This document shows positions 16,136 through 24,212 of a stretch of DNA of 34,009 nucleotides, in pieces. The number at the start of each line of letters is the position of its first letter. Position 1 is the stretch's first letter. The translations under genes were made by a program, and so were the position numbers. Under the pieces are notes generated by a model. It was not told the origin of the DNA. It ran no database searches and saw nothing but the letters and a program-made list of their open reading frames with translations. Source of the stretch: Chloroflexota bacterium (lineage in GTDB: Bacteria; Chloroflexota; Dehalococcoidia; SM23-28-2; RBG-16-64-32); assembly GCA_005880055.1 (NCBI GenBank), contig VBJS01000053.1:1-34009 (forward strand), read 5' to 3'.

Positions 16136-16870
16136 TCAGGCGGGCTGTAGCTCGAAGACCAGGTCTGTGTTGTCGTAGCGGATCAGGGTGCGTATTGCAT
16201 TATCCGCGTACCAGGCTGTTTGCGTCTTGCCACCGGAGCGGATCTCCAGTCGCCATGCGTCAAACGTGCCGGCCGGTACTGTAACGGACTCCTTGCCCGT
16301 CACCTTGAGGGCAACAGAGACAATATCCGGCTTGCCAAGGGTGCACGTGAGCGCGTCCTGGTATGTGCTCTGATAGTCTCGCGAGAACGCGATGGTCCGC
16401 CAGAGGAAGATGTCCGTCCAGGTGTCATACGAGCCCCTTGGTATGTTGAGGGTATCGGTCCGTTGTTCCTTCTCCGAATGCTGTTCGATCGTCGCCTTGG
16501 CGCCTTCATAACGCGCATCCCAGGTACGCTTGCCCTCGGGCCCATCAATCGTCCGCTTGGCTGACCGGGGCTGAAGCGTTTGCGATTCTGTCGTCGCTTC
16601 CACGGAGTCCTTAATCTTCTGGTCGGGGAAATCATAGTCCTGCGTGAAGGTAAGCGTCCCGCCACTTTCACCGGCGATGCGCAGGTCGGCCGTCCCTATG
16701 GCATCGTCGTCGCGGAGCAGGCGGTAGTGAGTGGTTTCTGGAGCCGTCCAGGGTATCTGCCCAACGATGGGGCCGCTATCGGAAAGGGTGGAGGTGCTGC
16801 CGCCGCAACCAACGATTACAAGAACCAGCGGGAGGGCAATGGCCAGCGGCAGGCCGCGCCCGAACGTCAA
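16136..16870 (-). CDS. Putative lipoprotein of unknown function
   Basis: Signal peptide with lipobox: LPLVLVIVGC followed by GGSTS. The TTG start overlaps the ltaE stop (TTGA). It is the last gene of the 19919-16136 operon. Confidence 0.8.
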   Translation of the reverse strand: MTFGRGLPLAIALPLVLVIVGCGGSTSTLSDSGPIVGQIPWTAPETTHYRLLRDDDAIGTADLRIAGESGGTLTFTQDYDFPDQKIKDSVEATTESQTLQPRSAKRTIDGPEGKRTWDARYEGAKATIEQHSEKEQRTDTLNIPRGSYDTWTDIFLWRTIAFSRDYQSTYQDALTCTLGKPDIVSVALKVTGKESVTVPAGTFDAWRLEIRSGGKTQTAWYADNAIRTLIRYDNTDLVFELQPA

Positions 16871-17898
16871 GCCGCGGCCGCCAGGACCGAGCGCGTGCGG
16901 GCGACGGCTTGTTCGACATCCGCCCGTTCGATCCCGAAGTGGGTCACCCAGCGCACCCGGCCGCCTTCATCGAAGCAGAGGACGCCGGCTTCGGCGAGCC
17001 TGTTTACGAACTCGGGAAGCTTCCAGCCGGCGACGGTGAAGTATACAAGGTTAGTCTCAGGGGGCGGAGTGAGGGCCACGCCGGGTATTTCGGCGAGGCC
17101 CGTAGCGGCGAACTGGGCGTTCTCGTGGTCGTCCTTCAGCCGGCGAACCATATTCTGGAGCGCGTAGACACCCGCTGCTGCGATGACCCCGGCCTGCCGC
17201 ATGCCCCCACCCAGCATCTTGCGGTAGCGCCTCGCCTCGGCGATGAAGGCGGCGCTCCCGCAAAGGATAGAACCTACCGGGCAGCCAAGGCCCTTGGATA
17301 GGCTGAAGCAGACCGAATCGGCGTAGGACGCGAGGGCGGCGGGGGGAACCCCGAGCGCGGCCGCCGCATTGAAGAGACGCGCACCGTCCATGTGAAGGGC
17401 CAACTGGAAGCGGTCAGCAAACGCTCGGACAGAAGCCAGGTCTTCTTCGTTAAGGGCTGTGCCGCCGCAGCGGTTGTGGGTATTCTCCACGCAGATAAGG
17501 CGCGTACGCGGGAAATGATCGTTGTCCGGGCGAACGGCAGCTGCCAATTCGGTCGGGTCCAGCCGGCCGCGGGCATCATTGCGCACCGAGCGTAAGCCCA
17601 GGCCGCCGACGGCCCAGGCGCCACCGACTTCGAACTGGAGCGTGTGGGACTGGTCGCCGACGATGACCTCGTCGCCGCGCCGGCAGTGGGTCAGAAGGGC
17701 GATGAGGTTGCTCTGGGTGCCGCTGGTTGTGAGCACCGCCGCTTCTTTGTCCAGCAGCTGCGCGGCTATGTCCTGAAGGCAGTTCACGGTTGGGTCCTCA
17801 CCGAATACGTCATCGCCCAACTCCGCCTCGGCCATCGCCCTGCGCATCTCCGGCGACGGCAGCGTGATGGTATCGCTGCGCAGATCGATCGTTTTCAT
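16867..17898 (-). CDS. ltaE: Low-specificity L-threonine aldolase (PLP-dependent)
   Basis: Near-collinear with E. coli LtaE as I recall it: IDLRSDTITLPSPEMRRAM..GDDVFGEDPTVNCLQ, ENTHNRCGGTAL, LHMDGARLFNAA, the PLP-lysine context FSLSKGLGCPVGS, and RKMLGGGMRQAGVIAAAG. Confidence 0.92.
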   Translation of the reverse strand: MKTIDLRSDTITLPSPEMRRAMAEAELGDDVFGEDPTVNCLQDIAAQLLDKEAAVLTTSGTQSNLIALLTHCRRGDEVIVGDQSHTLQFEVGGAWAVGGLGLRSVRNDARGRLDPTELAAAVRPDNDHFPRTRLICVENTHNRCGGTALNEEDLASVRAFADRFQLALHMDGARLFNAAAALGVPPAALASYADSVCFSLSKGLGCPVGSILCGSAAFIAEARRYRKMLGGGMRQAGVIAAAGVYALQNMVRRLKDDHENAQFAATGLAEIPGVALTPPPETNLVYFTVAGWKLPEFVNRLAEAGVLCFDEGGRVRWVTHFGIERADVEQAVARTRSVLAAAA

Positions 17899-18368
17899 AA
17901 TGCAGGGCCCGCCCGGCCGTAGTCGTCTTCGATGCGGACAATGTCTTCCAGTTCCGGCGTGGAGACTTCGAAGAAGCGCGTATCTTCTAGCGCCTCCATG
18001 CGGTGTACGGCGCCGGGCGGCAGGACAACGACGTCACCCGCCTCCAGGACAACCTCCCGGTACTCGCCCGGCCTCTTGGCCGTGCCAAGCGTATATTTCA
18101 CGCGCCCGTAGTCGATGTATTGCACCTCGTGCTTGCGTTCGTGGTACTGGAGGCTCAGGCGGTGCCCCTTCTTGAGGAGCAGGATCTTGCCGGCATACCG
18201 GTTGGTGTGCGCCAGCCAGCGCTCCTCACCCCAGGGTTTCGCCACGGTCTTAAGGGCTTCCGCAGCTATGATCTGCGGCTCCGGGCAGCCGCCTGCGTCG
18301 GGTTCGGCCTCTGCTAGCGAGGGTTCGCCGGCGTCCGCGCTCTCAACGTTCAGTCCGCCCGCTCCCAT
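17895..18368 (-). CDS. Cupin-domain protein (mannose-6-phosphate-isomerase-type-II-like cupin)
   Basis: Cupin motifs: KPWGEERWL..YAGKILLLKKGHRLSLQYHERKHEVQY and GDVVVLPPGAVHRMEAL. I use the ATG at 18368 (MGAGGLNV..). The longer 18551 start would run through the upstream gene in another frame and encodes Arg/Pro-rich nonsense. The stop overlaps the ltaE start (ATGA). Confidence 0.75.
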   Translation of the reverse strand: MGAGGLNVESADAGEPSLAEAEPDAGGCPEPQIIAAEALKTVAKPWGEERWLAHTNRYAGKILLLKKGHRLSLQYHERKHEVQYIDYGRVKYTLGTAKRPGEYREVVLEAGDVVVLPPGAVHRMEALEDTRFFEVSTPELEDIVRIEDDYGRAGPAL

Positions 18369-18823
18369 AGCGACTGGTAGCCCTCGCCGCCGCGGATGGC
18401 CGAGAGGACCTCTGTGTGCTCTTCCTGAGCGAGGGCCTGGAATACCTCGTTGCAGCGACTCGCCATAGCCTCTCCGCCCAGGCTGATCATCCGCTGCTGT
18501 ATGCGCTCCCAGAGTCCTGAGTTGCGGAAGGTCTCCATGTGCCTGGGCCACATGAACGACATGATCTTCTCCGGCAGCGCGAAGCGGGGCCGGAGCTTTT
18601 TCAGCGCCTTGAATCGCTCCTCCACGGAGCCTGCACGGGGGACGACAGCGATCAGCGGGCCCTCTTGCTCGCTCATCCGTGTGTCGATCAGGAGGCGCTT
18701 GTCGACGATGGCGAAGCGGACGATCAGGACATCGGCGTTATCAATGACCTTCGTCACCTCGTTAATGTCCAGGCCGTAGTCATCCATGAGACGAATTTTA
18801 ACGGAAGGGTTGATGTCGGACAA
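18350..18823 (-). CDS. Hypothetical protein (157 aa), no recognisable family
   Basis: Coding-like composition that is less GC-skewed and mixed charged/hydrophobic (MSDINPSVKIRLMDDYGLDINEVTKVIDNADVLIVRF...). It starts 4 nt after the upstream stop and is embedded in the operon. Confidence 0.7.
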   Translation of the reverse strand: MSDINPSVKIRLMDDYGLDINEVTKVIDNADVLIVRFAIVDKRLLIDTRMSEQEGPLIAVVPRAGSVEERFKALKKLRPRFALPEKIMSFMWPRHMETFRNSGLWERIQQRMISLGGEAMASRCNEVFQALAQEEHTEVLSAIRGGEGYQSLWERAD

Positions 18824-18827
18824 GAAA

Positions 18828-19919
18828 TCAGACGCTCAACTTCATCGCGCGGAGTTCTTCGAGCTTATGTCCGGTCGCACCAGAATCGAGGGCAATTCGC
18901 GCCAGTTCGACGCCGTCGCCGATGCTCGATGCGCGCTCGGCAAGCCAGATACGGAGGCCGGCATTTAGGACGACAAGATCGCGGTGGCCGCCTGGTTCGC
19001 CGGCGAGCACGGCCTCGGCGATACGGGCGTTCTCGGCCGCATCGCCGCCGGCCATCTCCTCTTTGGTGGCCGGCCGCAGGCCAAATTGAGCGGCATTGAC
19101 GCGCAGCTCCGTGGTCGTACCTTCGGCCTCGTTGTCCTCTCGGTCGCGCTCCCACAGGAATGCGCGGCAGGGCCTGGATGTGGGCGCATCCTCGTTCCCC
19201 TCGATCCCCTGGATGATCAGTATGCGCTTGAACCCCATCCGAGAGGCGGCGAGCACCATCTTCTCTGCGTAAGGGAGATGGGTCAGACCGATGATGCTGT
19301 AGTCCGCGGACGCAAGGTTGTAGATCTTCTCGATGGTGCTGATGGCGGTACGGAGTGCGACCTCCTCGCGAAGATCCTTGAGCGCGAAGACCTGGGGGAC
19401 GAACTGCGCCTGCCTCATGAATCCGAACCCCGTCCCTTCGATCATCCGCTGAGTGGTTTCCGGCGCGGCGTCCGTGTCGATGCCCAGCGCATCAAGCACG
19501 TCGCCGACGGCAACGCCGTGTTTGGGCCCCAGCCCACGCTCGCCGTGCAATACGACCGGCACGCCGGCGGCAGCTGCGACGATGGCGGACGCCGGGCTGA
19601 CGACGACGCTTCGCTTGCGGCCGTCATACGGGCTGCCAACGTCGAGCAAGCCGGAGACCGCCGGTTGAATGATGATCGCCCCCTCGCGGATTGCCTGGGC
19701 GAAGCCGAGGAGCTCCTCCGGCGACTCGCCTTTAAAGCGCTGGAGGAGCAGGAGTCCACCGGCCTGAGAAGGGGCGACCTCCTGACGCAGGATCAGCGAC
19801 ATAGCGTCGCGCGCTTCCTCGGTGGTCAGGTTGCGCGAGCCGCGCGGCCCAGTGCCGATCTCACGCAGGTAATACTGCATGCGGGCGAAAGCGGACGAAT
19901 CCGGGGAAGGGTTGCTCAT
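18828..19919 (-). CDS. TrpD2/YbiB-family protein (anthranilate phosphoribosyltransferase-like fold, lacks the GTGGD PRPP motif)
   Basis: YLREIGTGPRGSRNLTTEEARDAMSLILRQEVAPSQAGGLLLLQRFKGESPEELLGF parallels E. coli YbiB IIKEIGRGKNHARDLDRDTARGLYAHMLNGEVPDLELGGVLIALRIKGEGEAEMLGF (my recollection). GSPYDGRKRS corresponds to YbiB IPSYNGARKQ and sits in place of the TrpD GTGGD motif. Confidence 0.7.
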   Translation of the reverse strand: MSNPSPDSSAFARMQYYLREIGTGPRGSRNLTTEEARDAMSLILRQEVAPSQAGGLLLLQRFKGESPEELLGFAQAIREGAIIIQPAVSGLLDVGSPYDGRKRSVVVSPASAIVAAAAGVPVVLHGERGLGPKHGVAVGDVLDALGIDTDAAPETTQRMIEGTGFGFMRQAQFVPQVFALKDLREEVALRTAISTIEKIYNLASADYSIIGLTHLPYAEKMVLAASRMGFKRILIIQGIEGNEDAPTSRPCRAFLWERDREDNEAEGTTTELRVNAAQFGLRPATKEEMAGGDAAENARIAEAVLAGEPGGHRDLVVLNAGLRIWLAERASSIGDGVELARIALDSGATGHKLEELRAMKLSV

Positions 19920-19940
19920 GGTATAAGTGTAAGACGGTGG

Positions 19941-20349
19941 CTAATCGGGAAGTAGCCGCAGCGCCTCGACATGGCGCGGGCGCATCATCGAGAAGTGGCG
20001 ATGATCGAGTGTGGCTACTTTCGGCTCGTTTAGCCGCTCTGTGATCGCGAGGACTGCGGCGTCCACAAAGCCGATGTCCGAATCAGCAAGCGTTGGCAAA
20101 TGTCACGCACCCGCCGGTAGTCGGTCTGGGTGAGATTCTCAATTTCGAAAACTCCGGACAGCAAGTCATTGAGGAACACTAGGACTATTCCTGAATGCAC
20201 CGGATGAGATAATCGACCTCGACAAGGACTGGAGCTGGGACTACCAGACGTTCGCCGGACGAGTCGAGAATGTCCCGGCAGCGTCTGTAATCGTCATCAT
20301 CCCTGTCCAACGCTGCATAGAGCGGCCCAGTATCGACTACTAGCGCCAC
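19941..20349 (-). pseudogene. vapC: vapC-like PIN-domain toxin, disrupted by two frameshifts
   Basis: The GTG at 20349 overlaps the vapB stop (GTGGCGCTAG). The PIN sequence reads in three frames:
- Frame a: VALVVDTGPLYAALDRDDDDYRRCRDILDSSGERLVVPAPVLVEVDYLIR, with a stop at 20187-20185.
- Frame c: VHSGIVLVFLNDLLSGVFEIENLTQTDYRRVRDICQR.
- Third frame: ADSDIGFVDAAVLAITERLNEPKVATLDHRHFSMMRPRHVEALRLLPD*.
Breaks lie near 20200-20207 and 20085-20097. Confidence 0.8.
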
Positions 20350-20564
20350 GTATCCGGCTGGTAAAGATCGCTGCCTTTGCGCCCGGTGTCATTCTTGCCC
20401 GACGCCCCCAGCCCAAAGCTCTTAGCCTTCGGCCGATGGCCCGAAACCTTCTCCTCCGCCGCTTCTCGCATGACAGTAGCCAACGAGACTCCGCGCTCAG
20501 CAGCAATCCGGCGAAGGCGATCTAGTAAGTCCTCGGGCAGCACGATCGTCGTTCTCTGAACCAT
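20340..20564 (-). CDS. vapB: Ribbon-helix-helix (CopG/VapB-type) antitoxin
   Basis: N-terminal RHH signature: MVQRTTIVLPEDLLDRLRRIAAERGVSLATVMREAAEE. The C-terminal tail is disordered and basic. It lies directly upstream of, and overlaps, the PIN remnant. Confidence 0.85.
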   Translation of the reverse strand: MVQRTTIVLPEDLLDRLRRIAAERGVSLATVMREAAEEKVSGHRPKAKSFGLGASGKNDTGRKGSDLYQPDTWR

Positions 20565-20570
20565 GCGACC

Positions 20571-20576
20571 ACTATA
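20571..20576 (-). promoter_or_regulatory. Candidate -10 element (TATAGT) placed 6 nt upstream of the vapB ATG (leaderless geometry)
   Basis: The minus strand reads TATAGT-GGTCGC-ATG with no SD. The element is embedded in the palindromic CTATAacgcTATAG (20572-20585), a possible RHH operator. Confidence 0.35.
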
Positions 20577-20611
20577 ACGCTATAGCCATAATTATGCATC
20601 ACGCGCCATAA

Positions 20612-21742
20612 CTAGCCGCGCATCGCAACCGGTTCCACTTCTACCTCCTCGCACCACGTTTCGTATGCCTGCGGTAGGACTTCGGATGGCTTGATCTCGC
20701 TGCGGCCTCCCCAGAAGACGTTCGTGTAGCTTACCTGAATACCGCAGGAGTCGAGGTGCGCATCGATGGCGGCTTTGTGTTCAAGGAGGAGCTGCTTGTC
20801 CATGCCGTGGGCAACGGCCATGACGTTCACGTCGTTGAACTCCGGCCCGCCCTCGCGCCAGTAGGCGTGGGTGAGGATGTGATGCCTTCCTACCTCGCGG
20901 CCAGCCTCAAGCTCGCGGCCGGGGGGGACCGCCCAGTGGAAAAGAGCGTTGTAACGGGTGACCCGCTCGCCGCTCGCCGTCTCCTTGACGTGCTCCAGGA
21001 AGGTGGAGAAGCGACCGATGATGCCGCGACCGCTGAAGTCTTCAGCGACTCGGCAGAAGTCATCGAGAGGAAGGCCCGCCTCTTCAGCGCGCGCTCGCCA
21101 GAGGTGCTGACAGAGATCCTCGCAAGCGAACTCTCGCTTGAGCGCCGCGAGGACGCGCCACTCCAGCTCGGTGAGCCGTACAACCTGCGGGTAGATGACA
21201 TCGGCCGGCCTGTCGGACCTGGCGCCGGGTTCCATGCCACGCCGCCTCGTATGGCCGACGCCTAGCGCGAATAGTGCTTTGGCGGGCATAAGACGGTAGC
21301 ACTCGGCACGGGCCTTCTCAGCCAGCAGATTGCAGTGTTTCTCAAGCGAGTAGCCCTGAGGCACCTTAACGGTTGTCCAGAGGCGGTAGGCAGACCCGGC
21401 GGTAACGGCGTCGGTGGTCCGGATAACGACGTGGCCGCTAAATGGGTCTCGCTGGAACATGAACTCGAACGCTTCGTGCAGGCGCTCATTCGGGACCTGC
21501 CAGGCGACGAGCGCCCCATCGGCGAGGTTGTTGGAGAGGAGAGTCTGGCGGACACGACGGATCGTGCCGGCGGCGAGCAGCGCCCTGACCCGCTCTATTA
21601 CGATCGCGGCGTCGATTCCGGAGCGCGCGGCGATCTCGCCGAAGGGGTCATGCTGGAAGCCGGCCAGCCGATCTTCGGAGACGGTGAGAATCGCGCGGTT
21701 TACCGGGTCGTCGAGGCTCAGCGGCGTGCTTTTCGTTACCAC
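20612..21742 (-). CDS. Tandem Lrp/AsnC-fold protein resembling fused siroheme decarboxylase subunits (AhbA/AhbB, NirD/L family)
   Basis: It has two internal repeats of wHTH plus an AsnC-type domain:
- Repeat 1: LDDPVNRAIL..ERVRALLAAGTIRRVRQTL..HVVIRTT..YRLWTTVKVP.
- Repeat 2: LTELEWRVLAAL..GRGIIGRFSTFL..LFHWAVPP..HILTHAYWR..VNVMAVAHG.
I use the GTG at 21742. The 21856 extension overlaps the upstream gene and encodes Pro/Arg-rich nonsense. Confidence 0.5.
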   Translation of the reverse strand: MVTKSTPLSLDDPVNRAILTVSEDRLAGFQHDPFGEIAARSGIDAAIVIERVRALLAAGTIRRVRQTLLSNNLADGALVAWQVPNERLHEAFEFMFQRDPFSGHVVIRTTDAVTAGSAYRLWTTVKVPQGYSLEKHCNLLAEKARAECYRLMPAKALFALGVGHTRRRGMEPGARSDRPADVIYPQVVRLTELEWRVLAALKREFACEDLCQHLWRARAEEAGLPLDDFCRVAEDFSGRGIIGRFSTFLEHVKETASGERVTRYNALFHWAVPPGRELEAGREVGRHHILTHAYWREGGPEFNDVNVMAVAHGMDKQLLLEHKAAIDAHLDSCGIQVSYTNVFWGGRSEIKPSEVLPQAYETWCEEVEVEPVAMRG

Positions 21743-21750
21743 AGTTTGGC

Positions 21751-22374
21751 CTACGAGTACCGCTCTTCGTTCCAGGGGTCGCCGCGGATATGATAACCGT
21801 ACTGCTCCCAGAATCCCGGGCGGTCGCCCGGCAGGAATTCGAGGCCGCGGACCCACTTGGCGCTCTTCCAGAAGTAGAGGTGTGGTACGAGGAGCCGACA
21901 GGGACCGCCGTGCTCCGCCGGTAGCGGGCCGTCTCCGTGCTTGTAGGCGAGGAGGTTGTTGTCCCGGATGAAATCGGAGAGAAGCAAGTTAGTGGTGTAA
22001 CCGCCATAAGAGTGGACCATTACAGCGGCCGCGCCGGGCTTCAGCTGGATGTGCTTCATCAGCTCCGGGACGACGACGCCCTCAAAGTCCTGGTCCATTC
22101 GGCTCCAGGAGGTTACACAGTGGATGTCGCAATGCACCTTCGCCGTCGGTAACGACGTGAACTGCTCCCAATTGAGGCTGGTTTCCTCCTCGACATCGCC
22201 GATGATGCGCAGATTCCAGTCCTTCGTCTCGAGCTTCGGCGTCCCGCCGTAGGTGAGAACGGGCCAGTCCTCGACCACCTTCTGGCCGGGCGGCACCCTG
22301 TCGCCGTAGCGTTCGCGATCTTTATTTCGGCGGGAAAGCATGTCGAAAGCCAAGAGCGATTCCTTTCGGATCAT
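21751..22374 (-). CDS. Small molybdopterin-dependent oxidoreductase (sulfite-oxidase fold, YuiH-like)
   Basis: Motifs: WNLRIIGDVEEE..LNWEQF, the Mo-ligand Cys context CDIHCVTSWSR, GGYTTNL, LLAYKHGDGPLPAEHGGPCRLLVPHLYFWKSAKWVRGLEF and GFWEQYGYH. Confidence 0.75.
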   Translation of the reverse strand: MIRKESLLAFDMLSRRNKDRERYGDRVPPGQKVVEDWPVLTYGGTPKLETKDWNLRIIGDVEEETSLNWEQFTSLPTAKVHCDIHCVTSWSRMDQDFEGVVVPELMKHIQLKPGAAAVMVHSYGGYTTNLLLSDFIRDNNLLAYKHGDGPLPAEHGGPCRLLVPHLYFWKSAKWVRGLEFLPGDRPGFWEQYGYHIRGDPWNEERYS

Positions 22375-22439
22375 CCGATCGCTCTTCTGAGAGTATCAAA
22401 CCGGGGCCGCGCACGGCCAGCAGTTAGGTCGCGGCAGCA

Positions 22440-22985
22440 ATGCTATCATCGAAGCCGATGCGTCCCGCGGAAGTAAGTGAATCGCAACCGCCGAGCGTCG
22501 ATAAGAGGTGGGCGCGGCGGCTGTTGTTCTGGGGCGCTGCGGCGGCCGTCATTGCCCTCGATCAACTGACCAAGGCGCTCGTCCGCAGTGGATTGGCGCG
22601 GGGAGAGAGCTGGCCTGAGCCCGATTGGCCGGTGAAGATACGTTATGTCACAAACACGGGGGCCGCATTCGGAATCCTCCAGGACCAGACGGTGTTCCTG
22701 GTTATCACGGCGTTCATCGGCCTGGCTGCGATCTACCTCTACTACCGCTACCCTCCGTTCGAGCATGCCATCGTGCCGGTGGCGATCGGTATGATGCTTG
22801 GCGGCGCCGCGGGGAATCTCATTGACCGCGTCCGCCTGGGACGGGTCACCGACTTCATCGATGTCGGACCCTGGCCGGCCTTCAACGTCGCGGACTCCTG
22901 CATCACCGTCGGCATCGCGGTGTTATTGACGGGCTACGTGCTCCTCTCGCCGGCACCAAACCGCGTCGCTCATGACGAAACTTGA
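22440..22985 (+). CDS. lspA: Lipoprotein signal peptidase (signal peptidase II)
   Basis: Motifs: ALDQLTKALV, YVTNTGAAFGIL and GGAAGNLIDRVRLGRVTDFIDVGPWPAFNVADSCITVG. Alternative start at ATG 22458. Confidence 0.9.
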   Translation: MLSSKPMRPAEVSESQPPSVDKRWARRLLFWGAAAAVIALDQLTKALVRSGLARGESWPEPDWPVKIRYVTNTGAAFGILQDQTVFLVITAFIGLAAIYLYYRYPPFEHAIVPVAIGMMLGGAAGNLIDRVRLGRVTDFIDVGPWPAFNVADSCITVGIAVLLTGYVLLSPAPNRVAHDET

Positions 22986-23877
22986 GCTCCGGGCAGACCG
23001 GGACGACGAGCGGATCGACGCATTTCTGGCCCGGCGGGTCCCGGACATCTCACGCAGCGATGCGCGCCGCCTGATTGAAGAGGGTCGAGCCACCGTAGAG
23101 GGCCGTCAGCCGAAGCCCTCTCAACGGCTACGGGCGGGCGAGAGCGTCTGCCTAACGAACCGGCCACGCTCCGCCGCCCGGCTGCGGCCGATCGCGATGC
23201 CGCTCACAATCCTCTACCAGGACGCCGACCTGCTGGTCATCGACAAGCCGGCAGGGCTGACCGTTCACCCGGCGCCGGGACACGAGAGCGGGACGCTGGT
23301 GAACGCGCTGCTGGCGATAGTGCCGGAGCTGGGAACGACACCCGGTGATATGCGGCCGGGAATTGTGCACCGCCTGGACAAAGACACTTCAGGGCTGATG
23401 ATCGTCGCCAAGAATGAGCGGGCAAAGCTCGCCGTGCAGGCGCAGCTAAAGCACCGGCAGGTGCACAAGACGTACCTGGCGCTGGTGCACGGCATCCCGG
23501 AGCCAAGGGAGGGCGTCATCGAGGCGCCGATAGGCCGCCACCCGCAGAACCGAAAGAAGATCGCGATCATTGCGGGCGGGCGGGAGTCGGTGACCAAATA
23601 TCGCCTGCGCGAAGAGCTCGGGCGTTACGCCTTGCTCGAGGTGGAGCCGGTGACGGGGCGCACGCACCAGATCCGCGTGCATATGGCAGCGACAGGCCAT
23701 CCAGTTGTTGGCGATCCGGTTTACGGACGCCGCTCGGAGTTGGTGAAGCGCCAATTCCTCCACGCGTGGAAGCTGGCCTTCGCCCTGCCCCTTGGGGGCC
23801 GGCAGGTTGAGTTCGAGTCGCCGCTGCCGGTGGACTTGCGGGATCCGCTGGAGCGGCTGCGACGTGGCGAAAGATAG
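22972..23877 (+). CDS. rluD: RluA-family 23S rRNA pseudouridine synthase (RluD-like)
   Basis: It has an S4 domain (RIDAFLARRVPDISRSDARRLIEEGRATVEG) and the motifs DLLVIDKPAGLTVHPAPGH, catalytic GIVHRLDKDTSGLMIVAKN, KTYLALVHG and TGRTHQIRVHMA. It overlaps the lspA end by 14 nt, the classic lspA-rluD pairing. Confidence 0.9.
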   Translation: MTKLELRADRDDERIDAFLARRVPDISRSDARRLIEEGRATVEGRQPKPSQRLRAGESVCLTNRPRSAARLRPIAMPLTILYQDADLLVIDKPAGLTVHPAPGHESGTLVNALLAIVPELGTTPGDMRPGIVHRLDKDTSGLMIVAKNERAKLAVQAQLKHRQVHKTYLALVHGIPEPREGVIEAPIGRHPQNRKKIAIIAGGRESVTKYRLREELGRYALLEVEPVTGRTHQIRVHMAATGHPVVGDPVYGRRSELVKRQFLHAWKLAFALPLGGRQVEFESPLPVDLRDPLERLRRGER

Positions 23878-23892
23878 TGGACAATCAGTCGC

Positions 23893-24135
23893 CTAGCCGC
23901 CCGGTGGCTTGCCGGCGCCGATCGGCGTAACGCCGGTCGCGTAGATGTAGATGCGGGTACCGTAGCGCGCCAGGAGCGGCTTGTGGCCTTCCGCCTGCAG
24001 GTCGCGAATGTACGGCGCGAGCACGGCGCCGTAACCTTTCAGCGGCAGGGTGCGATAGTACCAGTAGTCCTCGCCCTCGAACCGGAGTTTGACCGCCGGC
24101 TCCATGCTGCCGTATTCGACATACGGCAGTTCCAT
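23893..24135 (-). CDS. Small hypothetical protein (80 aa)
   Basis: ATG with GAGGG 4 nt upstream. The composition looks coding-like (MELPYVEYGSMEPAVKLRFEGEDYWYYRTLPLKGYG...). No family recognised. Confidence 0.5.
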   Translation of the reverse strand: MELPYVEYGSMEPAVKLRFEGEDYWYYRTLPLKGYGAVLAPYIRDLQAEGHKPLLARYGTRIYIYATGVTPIGAGKPPGG

Positions 24136-24212
24136 GCCCTCGGTGTACAGCGGACAAGATACAGGGAACGGGGAACAAGGAACAAGGAACGGCGGGGAGG
24201 AGCGAGGAGCGA

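Noticed and set aside
18369-18551. N-terminal extensions offered by the ORF track: cupin 18369-18551, AhbA/B-like 21743-21856, sigma 32332-32379 and cyclase 5964-6014
   Set aside because: The extensions overlap upstream genes or encode Arg/Pro-rich sequence with no homology signal. Internal starts with better context remove the overlaps.
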